Assembly (NCBI RefSeq): GCF_004010195.1
Contig: NC_057719.1
Span: forward strand, 48,568,441-48,632,440
Source of the DNA: Chiloscyllium plagiosum
Lineage: Eukaryota
Length of the DNA stretch: 64,000 nt
Direction: 5' to 3'
The translations under genes were made by a program, and so were the position numbers. Shown here piece by piece: positions 52,858 through 64,000 of the stretch. The notes below the pieces were generated by a model, which had not been told where the DNA came from, did not search any database, and was given only the letters and a program-made list of their open reading frames with translations. Position 1 is the first letter of the stretch, and every line of letters begins with the position of its first letter.

Positions 52858-53241
52858 CCTACCATTTGATAAGACGAACAGCTCTGTAATTACTTGGACT
52901 ACACCAGCTACCCTTCTGCAATAAAGGAAACACATTAGCTATCCTCAAGTCATCTGGCACTTCACCTGTAGCCAGTGAAATATAAAATATCCCTGTCAGG
53001 GCTCCAGCAACCTTCTCCCTTGCCTCCTATAGCAGCCTGGGATACATCTTATCAGGCCTTTGGAGTTATACACCTTTATAACATCTATTAACTCCTCTTA
53101 ATATTTTGTAATTCATCAAATTCCTAACTGAAATCCCCAACTACAATTCTTTTTTGCCTTTGTGAATAGAGATAAGAATTATACATTTAAGGCCTTACCC
53201 ATGTCTTCTTGGCCTCTCACCGACACACTCTTTTCCTGGTA

Positions 53242-53461
53242 CAGATCAATCTAGTATAACGCACATTTCATCAACACAAATTCACTGCAACATGACTGAC
53301 GATTTGGGGGTGCTGTTTCTATAGTGTGAACTTTTAAAACATGTGTTGACTGTAACACGATTACACTGCCAACAATTTAAGTGCTGTTTCTAAAGCACAA
53401 TTTTTCCTGTAACGTGGGGTTGCACAAGAATGCAACCATCACGTTATGGGAGAACTGACTG
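53242..53461. mobile_element. pogo/Tigger-like (Tc1-mariner superfamily) MITE
   Basis: Flanked by TA on both sides. The left end CAGATCAATCTAGTATAACG resembles the reverse complement of the right end, CAGTCAGTTCTCCCATAACG (imperfect TIR). Confidence 0.7.
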
Positions 53462-54735
53462 TAATTCTCTTACTTTTAATACACTTATAAAAAACCTTGG
53501 AGTTGATCCTAATTGACAGAGATATTTTGTAGCCCTTCTTTGCCCTCCTAATTTATTTTTAAGCATCCTTCTACACTCTCTATATTTCTGAAGGGCCCCC
53601 TCTGCTTTTAATGTGCGTTACCTGACATGCGTATGCTTTCTTCTTACTCTATCCAACTCTCAAAATCCCTTGGCATCCAAGGTTCCCTGGATATGATGCC
53701 TTTGCCCTTTACTCTTAGGGGGACATTCTTGGCCCTGAATATTCACCATACTGCTTTTAAAAGACTCCCTACTTTCCAAATGCAGTCTTACCAGTAATTT
53801 GCTGCTCCCCGTTTATGTTTGCTAGATCCTGTCTAATGATATTGAAATGGGCCTTCCTGCAATTTAGATACATTTCATGCATTATCCTTTTCCCTTTCCA
53901 AAAGGACTTTGAAACTTACAGAGTCAAGGTCATTATGCTCAAAATGTTCACCTACCGAAACTTCAATCACTTGATGGGCTCTGAGACAGACGGTATTTGT
54001 CCTTCGCACAAGTGATTGTCTTAGTCCCATGTATCCACCATCTTCCAATATCCCTTTATTCCCTTTTTCTACAGCAGCCAGTCTAACCTATTCTTAAATA
54101 TGAACATGGTTTTAGTTTGTTGATTTGACAATGATTGTTGTTTAAAAATCTCAGTAAAGGAACAGTTTACTCAGCATACTGTTTATATTGTGGGAAATCC
54201 CAATACACAACCCAAAGTATTTCACCACTTTTGTAGTTGCATTAAATTTACTAGGAAATACTGAAAATGCCGGGGATCAAAATCACAGCAGAACTAAAGT
54301 AGCTATATGAAGGGCCCTAGAAAGTCATTAAATGCCTGAATCATAGATCCATGCACTAGCAGGATCTGCAAATCCCTATGATTCATTAAATGCATACAAT
54401 TTTAGAATCAGATGCTTCCACCATCAGCTTAATGATCCACCACATCTGCTGAATGTATGAAACACATTCATTTTACTATTTTTATATATTGTGGGGCTGG
54501 AACTTCATTTGACTGATATCTTTCCTGGCAAAGGCTCTTCGCTTCCTGTACATGATCTCAAAATGTGTCCGCCCTGTTTCTGCTAGACTCTGGAGTGAGC
54601 CTGCCAACAAGAAAAGAGAATTACTGCTTCAGAGAAGAATAGAAATTGTGAACATATTAGTATCTTGAAATTCTGCAGCCTCCTCATTACTGCCTGTTTT
54701 GCATGTTAATTATTCTTTTTTAAAACTACACTCAC

Positions 54736-54750
54736 GATGGTAACACCCAC
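54736..54750 (-). other. Candidate 15-nt micro-exon
   Basis: Minus strand: TGACTAA (branch-point-like) ..TGCATG.. ATTTTTCAG|GTGGGTGTTACCATC|GTGAGT. Frame-preserving, with no stop within the exon in any frame. Confidence 0.35.
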
Positions 54751-55059
54751 CTGAAAAATTGACTCTGAAGCTGTCATGCAATCCTTAGTCATAACTGTTA
54801 CAAATCTGAAGTCAATCAACTGCCACAAATACAGCTTGTATGTCATTTTGTGGAGGAGGAAACAGCTCAGTGAACCTGCATCAAATTTACATATGTGAAT
54901 GCAATGGGAATGTGTAATATGACTTTCTTAAACCTCATCTTCAATGTTGTGCACCTCCAGGAAGGCTATTTCCTCAATACAGCAAACACAAAAGATGTTT
55001 CCATTTGTGATGGAGACCAAAACTTAGGGTCATAAAGATAAGACAGTGACTAATGTATC

Positions 55060-55170
55060 TACCTGAAAAATGCTTTGCTGGAAAAGCGCAGCAGGTCAGG
55101 CAGCATCCAAAAAAGTGAGAATCGACATTTTGGGCATAAGCCCTTCTTCAGGAAACATGTTAATTATTCT
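55060..55170 (-). mobile_element. Short Penelope-like pLTR insertion (family A) with a 13-bp TSD (1 mismatch), inside an old CR1
   Basis: TGACTAATGTATC at 55047-55059 versus TGACTAATGGATC at 55171-55183. Minus-strand CTGAAGA-A-GGGC-TTAT-GCCC-AAAAT-GTC. Confidence 0.75.
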
Positions 55171-55334
55171 TGACTAATGGATCGAGTCAAGAATTCAGCG
55201 GAAACATCTTTTCTCAGAGAATGCTTATAAGGTGGAGCTTATTACTTCAGGAAGAGATTGAGATTAATAGCTTAGGTATATTTAAGGAAAAGCTAGAGAA
55301 GTACATGAGGGAGAAAGGAGTAGAAAGATATGTT

Positions 55335-55625
55335 CTGAAAACAAAAAATGCTGAAGATCATAACGGGTCAGGCAGTATCCATGGAGAGAGAACAAGCTAA
55401 CGTTTTGAGTCTAGATGACTCTTCATCAAAGCTGAACTAAAGTATACAGGGAGCAACATTATGCTATAGTGGGGTGGGGGTAGGGTGGGGGCTGCGGGGT
55501 TTGGAATGCTGGGGAAGAAAGGATGTTGATAGTTCTACCTGTCTTACTAATCTGAACTATGTTGTGTCTAACTGCCAGACTGGAAAGAACAGATAGTCTC
55601 ACTGGACTGTGAGGGAGGGGAGTGA
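55335..55625 (-). mobile_element. Penelope-like 3' end (family B)
   Basis: Minus-strand TTGATGA-A-GAGTC-ATCTA-GACTC-AAAAC-GTTAG; homologous to 13280-13605. Confidence 0.7.
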
Positions 55626-57419
55626 GAACATTTTCATAGTGTGAGATAATTAAGTAAAGCAGAGGTTACTGTGGATCATAAACTATAACATTGACCTATT
55701 GGGTTGAATGGCCTGATGTTAATGCTGTATTTACAATGAAATGTTATGTAAATGAATCTTGAAGGAATTCATACATTCAGTTTTTTCTATTGCACTGTGC
55801 TAAACACGTATTGCCCTTGCAGAACAGCTACACAGGAAAATTGATCCCGTCATTCTGATGTGGATCAGGTGCAGTTGATTTTCTAGTTTAAAGATGGGCT
55901 AAGGAATAGATTAACATGTCCAGTGCAAGCATGCCATTATAATTTGTTCATTCCAGTGTACATTATAATTGATTAAAGGATGCAGGAACCATTCATTCTA
56001 GCTGTTTGTGTTAGTATTAAGATTCTTGGTGGATGATAACTTTAACTTGAAGACACATTCATCAACGAGTGTGAGTGAATAGTGGCATGACTGCAGATCT
56101 TGACCCTGAATCACTTATAAACATATTAAACTTTTATCTTCAAGACATGTAAGAATCGTATCTATTTACTTTTCTATATTTTTGATTGAGGACTGAAATA
56201 GGAAAATAGATGTTTTGAAACTATGGATTATGGAAGAATTGCTGCACTTTTAAAAAGTAAGTTAATCAAACTCATTGTGATTAGTATTTACACTGCTGTT
56301 TGTTCACCTGTGGGTGAGATTGATTGCAGATAGGTTGGCACCAGAGCTGTGTACCAGGAGAAATTCTGTCCGCAACAAGTAGACAGTTGGTTCATGGAAT
56401 TGTGACCATGGTTAATGACAAAAGCTGTCATCCTTCCAAAAACTATATGATTGGCCCCTGGATAGCTGAGCAGCTTGTAGGTGTGACCGATATTGCCAGG
56501 AGCCTTCAGATCTTCGGAAGGGAATGTAGATTGCCTCTCTGCAGTAGAAAATACCTGAAGTTTGAAGAAAGCCAGTTATCTTTTCCCATTGGTTTTTGTA
56601 AGCTTTTGCTTTTAGCCAGTAAGACATGGACTTTGTAATTTGTGAAGCAGTAGCTCCATACCTCCTTCAAGGAAGTGAAAAGTACTTGAAGAAGAGAAAT
56701 TGAAGAACAGCTAGTCCTGGCAAGTAAAAGAATCACCTCAATGAAGTTGTGGACAGGGACCATTGAACTGGTTTCCCAGTTCTGTCCTCCACCCACAGCA
56801 CCATTTTTTTGTCTGTATTTGGGGGGTATTTTTATAAGGGGATTAAAGTTTAACTAGTAGAGTTAAAAGTCATCAATTCATAATTATTTGCCTGTAGCTA
56901 GAATCTATCTTTTGAAATAAATAGCAACTCTTGATAAGTTCAGCAACCTGGTCTGTGCTTTCCATTCATCTGGATACAAAAAGACAGGTAAATTGGAGAA
57001 TATTGTGTACTTTGATAAAATCTTTAAGTATTGTGATGACCCCAGGAATAGTTGGGCTTGATTTTTGGTGAGAAATGACGGTTTTTTTAAAAAATCAATG
57101 ACAGCGGCTGTAAATTCAGTGGCTGTATGGGGCGAGAGAGTGAGCGAGAGAGAGAGAGAGACAGTCTGAGGTGTCACTCTAACAAAAGCAACAAACTGAA
57201 AATGTTGGAAATCTGAAATTAAAACAGAAAGTACTGGACAAATCCAGCAGGTCTGGTTGCATTTGCTTCTTCAGAACTGCATGAACTTGTTCTTCTGACA
57301 CCCTACCCTTCCTCTGACACCGAAACCCACAACCCAACAACTCCTTGGACACCTTCCCCATCTCCGCTTGACCTGACATTGCCTTCACAGGACCTGACAC
57401 TCACCCTTGCCAGACCTGA

Positions 57420-57656
57420 GTGAAATAACTCTACAGAGGCTAGTATCCCATTACCAAATCACCCTGTATTTACACGTGGAACATCCTTGACACTGATCCA
57501 GCTTCCTCAGAATGAATTCTCAGAGTGAACAGGATATCTGACACTCCTGTTCTTACCTGTCAGCCAGGGCTCTCTGATTGGACCAGATTAACAGTCCTAA
57601 TCAGGGAACTCACATTCTGTGAGGTCCATCTGGCTGATGTCATTCCAATCACTACA
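57420..57656. mobile_element. Probable short solo LTR
   Basis: Ends ACTACA, and CTGA flanks both sides (57416-57419 and 57657-57660) as a possible 4-bp TSD. It interrupts a C-rich tract. Confidence 0.55.
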
Positions 57657-60600
57657 CTGATGTTTCCTGCCCGCCCCAACCTGCTTTAAGCATCTCTTCG
57701 CTTACCTGTGTCATTCACACCTTGCACGCTGGCACTCTAACTACATCCACCCTAACACACCCTGCCACCCTGACCTGGCACCATATATTCTTAAGAGATT
57801 GTGTAGGTGTGATTGCCATTCATTAGAAAATCTGACCCATTATAATATGTTTCAATGAGATCTTCTCTTCTCAGGGATGTAGGTTCAACCTATTCAACCT
57901 TTCCCCGTAGGACTATGTGGGGATGTGATTGGCTTGTGGCATTATTGTTAGACTAATAATGTAGGGACTCAGAAAATGCTCTGCAGTTCCAGGTTTGAAT
58001 CCTGCCAGAGCAGATAGTGTAATTTAAAGGCAATTAAAACAGAAACTGCAATTAAGAGTCTAATGATTGCCATCAAACTTTGCTGATTGTGAGGAAAAAC
58101 CCATTTGGTTCACTGATGTCCTTTAGTGGGGGAAATTTGCCATCCTTACCTGGTCTGACTACCTGTGTAGTGGCAAGACCATCTCCTTATGAAATGTGAA
58201 GTCTAGATTTGACCCACTCACTGTATTGGGTCAGTGTGAAGCCCTGGGACAGTATTGACTGGCTCTCTATTCTGTACTTTCCTCTCATCATCAAATCTGC
58301 AACAGACCCTGCTTGAAAACAGTACACCTCCTTTGAATTTTCATTCTCCTTCAAAGAATACCTAATGAGGTACTTTAATTGGGCATATTGTGAGAAAAGT
58401 AAGATCTTTGTCCAGCCCTCCTACATTCCTAGTTAACACTGCTGTGTTGGAATGGTATCCAGAAAATAATACACTAGCTAGTGCCACAATTAATGTGGCT
58501 GAGACCAACTTTGTTACTAATGATGTATAAGGGTAGGGCAAGAATTCAACCTTTGGTAGGATCAGTAACTTTATAGTTTATTGTTGCTTAAGGAATAAGT
58601 GATATATCAAAGTCCTACAGCTTTATTTCTAAATTAGTTGCAATCTGACAAACTTGTTAACAGGCAATGAGTAGAAAAACAAACTGCAAAGCTTTGCTGT
58701 CAACTGCAAGAGACATTGGAAGTGAAAGGCAGACATTGTTCTCGGTTATGACTCAGTTTTCCACTCAAAAGATAAGGTCACACGATTCTTGACTGACTTT
58801 TATCACAACACTGGAAGCAAGTGAAAAAATGATGTGATGGAGTTCATGCATCAGAGTCCTTCTGGGACTGGCCTGCTCAACAACAATGTTGTCTTTTCTC
58901 TTGTCTTCTGTAAAAATAGTCACTCAAATGCCAGCAGAAACCTAGACTTGTGTGTAACTTCCCACACAGTTGAAACTTGTATAGCCTAAATAGATAAGGG
59001 CAGAAGATTAACATTTTGAATTGTATATGACATATTTTTCTCATTAAATAAAGGTCTGCATAATTGCAAAGGAGTTGCAACATTATTTTTGACATTTCTA
59101 TGTCTTTATCAATCCTGTTGTATTCTCACGAGACCTTAGGGAAAAAATCTGAAGAGAATTGCAGAAAGTTATTTTGATATATTTCCTTTCAGGTGGGAAT
59201 CATTTTGTCATGTTTTAATAACATTGCACTGAGCTTAGCATCTCATTTGCTAAAACATCACACTGGACTTGTAATCCAAAAGTGCAGGCGAATAGACTGG
59301 AGAAATGGGCTCAGATCCCTTATGATAGCTGGTGCATTTAAATTTAATTAATAAATCTGGAATATAATGCTAGTGTTGGTGATGGTGACCATGAAACTAT
59401 TGTCAATTGTTGCAAAACCCATTTGGTTCCCTGTCTTTTACAAAAGAGAATCACTGTCCTTACCTGGTGGGTCTTACATGTGACTACAGATCTGCAGCAA
59501 CACTGAATTGCCTTCTGAAATGGCCTAGGAACCACTCTGTATGAGACAGTTAAGGATGGGTAATAAATATATCCTTGGCAAGAATTTTTAAAAATCATAA
59601 TTTAAAAAGTTACATTTGCAGTCGTCTGCTAGTTTTTAATCATAGAGCAATGACTTCTTAACCTTAGTGTTGAAAATTCAAATCACAGCTTGACTGTCAT
59701 TTGCATTCAGGTGTACTCTGCTGATCTTTTAGCTGTGTTGCTATTCAGAAAGACATAAAGCTTCTGCTTGGTAGAAGCAAGGGCAAAGCTCCAAATGAGC
59801 TTTACTGCTTACAGGAGCTACTCCTGTTGTCCATTACCAAGTAATCTTGGCAGCAGCTATGGAGAACCTAAGGCTGATCCATTCCCTTCACTGAACAGAG
59901 AAATGTGATTATGAGAGACAGCAACAGAGGGATGTCTTGGGAAAATATAATGAGAAAAGGGGCCCATCTTTCAGGGATTGAATGATGGAAATTTGAACAT
60001 TTAATTTGTAATAGTCATTCATTATCCACCTAATTTACAAATCATTATGCAGAATTAATATTGTATGATGTAAATCTGTATACTTTATGTCCTCTGAGGT
60101 TTTCAGATCTTAACAGAAAGTCCTTGACATTAGTAGTTCCAGTGACTGATGCAGATTATTTCTTTTCATCTGTAACTAAATCAGATCATGCACTCATCTG
60201 TCCATTCATTTCTTTACACTGATTAGTTAACTGAGGTTTGTACTTTGTAGATTGTTTGCATGGTGTATCCTTTGCAGACTTGCCATACTGACAATCACCC
60301 TGTGACAGATTCCATGCGCTATAGTTTTACCACAACTTTGGCTTTTCAATCTACTTGTCACTTAATAAGTGCTGAATCATGCTACCGCTGCTTTTTATAT
60401 TTTACTCCAAGTCATACTCACAATTTAAGCAATTTATTTAAACAGTTCTGAGACAAATCCAAATAATTTCTTTCACATACATCCAATTTTAGAAATTCCC
60501 ATGCTCTTGATCAAAAGTCAATTTTATTTTATTTAGAAATATACATTGTTAGCTGAATATGGTGGTCCATTTGGCATTTGTGTATTGTTAAATTTACTTG

Positions 60601-60834
60601 GTATTTATTGAATGCTTTTGTTTTATTCACTTTATGCTGCATTAAAACATACTGTGAATAAACTTAATTTCTCATGCACTGCATGGTGTCTTTACATTGA
60701 CATGTCTGATAAGGTATAATAAGAAAGTAATTCAGTTGAAAAACCAGTTGAACCCAATAGAACATGTTGATACACACCTCGTTTCATATCCTATCGTTCT
60801 GCTGCTGCTATCTGTTTTTTAAATCTTCATTGGA

Positions 60835-60965
60835 TTTGATGTGGAGGTGCCGGTGTTGGACTGGGGTAGACAAAGTTAGGAATCACAAGACAACAGGTTA
60901 TAGTCCAACAGGTTTATTTTGAAATCACAAGCTTTCAGAGTGCTGCTCCTTCATCAGATGAAGTG
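60835..60965 (-). mobile_element. Penelope-like pLTR (family C) with a near-intact hammerhead motif at 60926-60960
   Basis: Minus RNA: CAU-CUGAUGA-A-GGAG-CAGCA-CUCU-GAAAG-CUU-GUG. Confidence 0.8.
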
Positions 60966-61510
60966 CCAACAGGTTGCTTAATGGTTTGTAAAGTTGTGAC
61001 CATTTGTGGATGCCAGAGACCATCAGTCTGACAACAACTACATCGCTTCTGAGTAACTGAACAGCTTATGGATGTGAATGACACCGGCAGGAACCTTCAG
61101 AATACTGAAAGGACTGTTTAATAGTCTCTCTAAGCCTGAAGAAAGCTGATTTATTTTCACACACTAGTTGTTGTAAACTATTGCTTTAAACAATAAATCA
61201 CAGACTTTGTAATTTGTGAACGAGTTGCACTGTAGCTCCTGTGAACAAATGAAAGGCTAGAAGGAAATACCAGTGAAACTGTGAATGACCTCTGTCTGTC
61301 TTGTTTTGTATATCCCAGAATAATGCTGCAGTACAACCAATGTGTTCATTTCTGAGTATTATTGTTTTTTAAATTCACTTTTCCCTCTGGGAGAGGAACA
61401 AATTGAACATTTCATCAAATCCTGAGGACTGGTACTATTGAGCTATTTCCCCATCCTTTTTGCCCATTCACCGACAACACCATTTTTTTTATCAGTGTCT
61501 GTCTCAATGA

Positions 61511-63198
61511 GATGATGTGGAGATGCCGGTGCTGGACTGAGGTGGACGAAGTCAGAAGTCACATGACACCAGGATATAGTCCAGCAGTTTTATTTGAAAT
61601 CATAAGCTTTTAGAGCGCTGCCCCTTCTTCAGATGCTGAGAGAGAGAAGAGCACACAGCAACAGAATTTATAGGCAGAGAGATCAAGGGCAGAGAGATCA
61701 AATAATCATACAACTGGTGTAAGTGGAGTGTTGAATAATAAGTCTCTGCAGGTGACCAAGGGTGTTAGGTAGTGTGAGTAAAGAGTCAATAGCTGAATAA
61801 CAAGTGAAGGGATGACCTATGATCCAATTAAATGAAGCAGAGAGACAACAAAAAATTAAAAATAAGGTTGTGGTGGAGACAAACTAAATGACTGGAATAA
61901 TAAGATAGATACATGAGTCGCATACTGAGGGTCTAACCAAAGTAATAAGTAATTCAAAACTGTATAAACTAATTGAGATAGAGAGATGATAATTTACCAA
62001 GATTTTGTAGATACAGAACAGTGTGGTGGGGTCACACGCAGTGTGACATGAAGCCAAGATGAGGCAGTCTTCATGGGTATGGACCTTGGTTATCAGTTTC
62101 TGTCTTTAGTATTTTGAAGGATGCCCTCATAAGAACTCATTGATCGCCAGTTCTGACATGCGACAGTGAAAAACCGCAACAACCTCATCAAAAGGCAGAC
62201 ACAGGATATGACTGACGAAGTACTTCTCCAGAGCAGAGAGACTGCACCATGTTCTTCACAGCCTTCAGCATATCATCGATGATGGTGAGCATCTTGCCAA
62301 GACCATCTCTGTGCATCCACTTCTCACCTTCAAACAACTGCCAAACCTTAAACAGACCATTGTTCGCAGCAAACAACCCAGCCTTCAGAACAACAGCAAT
62401 CACGGCAACCTCTGCAAAACATGTCAGGTCATTGATATGGATACTACCATCACACATGAGAACATCACCCAACATGTACACGGCAGTTACTTATGTAACT
62501 TGACCAATGTTGGCTATCTCATGTGCTGCAGGCAAGGATGCCCTGACGCATGGTATATTGGTGAGATCATGTAGAAGCTACAACAACAGATGAGTGAACA
62601 TTGCACATAACAATCACCACACAGAAATGTTCCCTTCCAGTCAGGTAACACTTCAGCGGTCAAGGACATTCAGCCTCTGATCTTCAGGTAAGCATCCTCC
62701 ATGGTAGACTTCAAGATACACAACAACACAGAATCACCAAGCAGAAACCGGTAGCCAAGTTCTGTAATGATGCAGAAGACCTCAACTGTGATTTTGGATT
62801 CATGTCACACTACGTGTGACCTTACCACACTGTTCGGTATCTGTAAAAACATATTTTTCCAGTCATTTGGTTTGTCTCCAGCACCACCTTACTTTTAATT
62901 TTTTGTAATTATCTCTCTGCTTTATTTAATCCGATTATAGGTCATCCCTTCACTTGTTATTCAGCTGTTGACACTTTAGTCACACTGTCTGACACACATC
63001 TCTGACCTGCAGAGACTTATTATGCGACAATTCAGTCACAGCAGTTATATAATCATTTGATCTCTCTGCCAATAAATTCTGTGACTGCATACTCTTCTCT
63101 CTCACTGCACCTGAAGAAGGGGCTGCACTCTGAAAGCTTGTGATTTCAAATAAACCTGTTGAACTATAACCTGATGTCGTGTGACTTCTGACTTTGTC
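61511..63198. mobile_element. Large foldback Penelope-like element (family C, Neptune-like) with a GIY-YIG relic
   Basis: Minus arm 61511-62102 is inverted against about 62742-63198. The plus strand translates CNLTNVGYLMCCRQGCPDAWYIGEIM*KLQQQMSEH. Hammerhead motif CAC-CUGAAGA-A-GGGG-CUGCA-CUCU-GAAAG-CUU-GUG at 63108-63142. Confidence 0.88.
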
Positions 63199-63209
63199 TG
63201 TATGTGTTT

Positions 63210-63515
63210 AAAAGGGGATTAATTGAGTAATACGTTGACAGTTAATGCTGTTTTAAGGTGATTGGAGGAAGATATAGGGGAGATAGCGGAGATGGGTTCT
63301 TTATGTAGAGAATGGTGGGTGCATGGAATGCACTGCTAGTGGTGGTAGTAGGGTCAGAGACATTAGGGACATTTAAGCAACTGCTGGACAAGCACTTGGA
63401 TGGCTATAAATTGAGGGGTATGTAAGTTAGGTTGGTCTTTGATTAAGATAAATGCTTGGCACAAAATCGTGGGCTGAAGGGCCTGTACTGTGCCATACTG
63501 TTCTATGTTGTATGT
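63210..63515 (+). mobile_element. Old CR1 3' end
   Basis: RMVGAWNAL..TLGTFKQLLDKHL, ending GGGCTGAAGGGCCTGTACTGTGCCATACTGTTCTATGTT. Confidence 0.8.
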
Positions 63516-64000
63516 TTACCTGTGGTGAGAATCTATTTATTTTTAATAATTAATAGTTCTTGTTAAGTGCAGAAACCTAGCCCGTGTTCTCTGTTATCCT
63601 GGGTCTATCAGGAGGAGAATTGAGGACTTGATGTACTTTGATAAAATGTTTAATTTTTGTCATGACTCCAGGTATAGTGGAGCACATTTTTATTTAAATA
63701 AGACATACAACTGAGGCATAACTGTTATTATAATGAGTGGTATATATAGGTCCTAACAGTTATGGCTTAGGCCGTGTTATATGTTTTCAAAATGCCTGTT
63801 TAATCTGGAACTGGACAACATTGTAGAAGATCTTCTCTATGATGCTGTGAAATCTGTCCATTGATACAGTACAGAATAGATCAACCTTTGACCCTTCTGT
63901 ACTACATATACCCTTTCCTGCAGTTACAGTATTAAAATTATTGGATCAACTTCCATGAATGTGCTGATGATACCTACAATTACTTTGCTGCCTTCTTTAT

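Larger units (their letters stand above)
51270..53960 (-). mobile_element. Long old CR1 ORF2 relic with several nested insertions
   Basis: Minus-strand RT motifs (SKFADDTKFGG at about 52190-52225, MDFSKAFDKVPH-like at about 52430-52470, QHGF). Interrupted at 51687, 52655 and 53242. Confidence 0.85.

Noticed and set aside
55471..55499. G-quadruplex motif GGGGTGGGGGTAGGGTGGGGGCTGCGGGG
   Set aside because: It is part of the low-complexity tract of a PLE copy, and nothing suggests a locus-specific function.
1..64000. CRISPR array, prokaryotic operon or endogenous viral gene
   Set aside because: I saw no regularly spaced repeat-spacer array, no dense ORF run and no viral motif. The recurring short ORFs (MYSMETDPSVQ...) are antisense CR1 tails.

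Overview
AT-rich, repeat-dense vertebrate DNA with no recognisable multi-exon host coding sequence. It reads as intronic or intergenic DNA of a cartilaginous fish, inferred from HE1/V-SINE-type SINEs and CR1 LINEs with (ATGACTCT)n tails. The ORF-track entries I could assign are transposon debris and the rest look like chance ORFs. Elements present: many CR1 fragments (young and old, some nested), an RTE relic, a Gypsy pol relic and solo LTRs, several Harbinger (PIF) relics, a pogo/Tigger-like MITE, tRNA-derived SINEs and at least four Penelope-like element (PLE) families. The most striking structure is a set of short PLE-derived insertions. Seven have 9-15 bp target-site duplications (TSDs), five of those seven fold back into hairpins, and most carry minimal hammerhead-ribozyme motifs, many damaged at CpG sites. 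Also seen: two candidate micro-exons in repeat-poor blocks, a 197-bp inverted duplication with an identity gradient, a templated local duplication, and two CR1 insertions with unusual inverted architecture. All calls come from reading the sequence by eye; no database searches were run, and boundaries of old relics are approximate.
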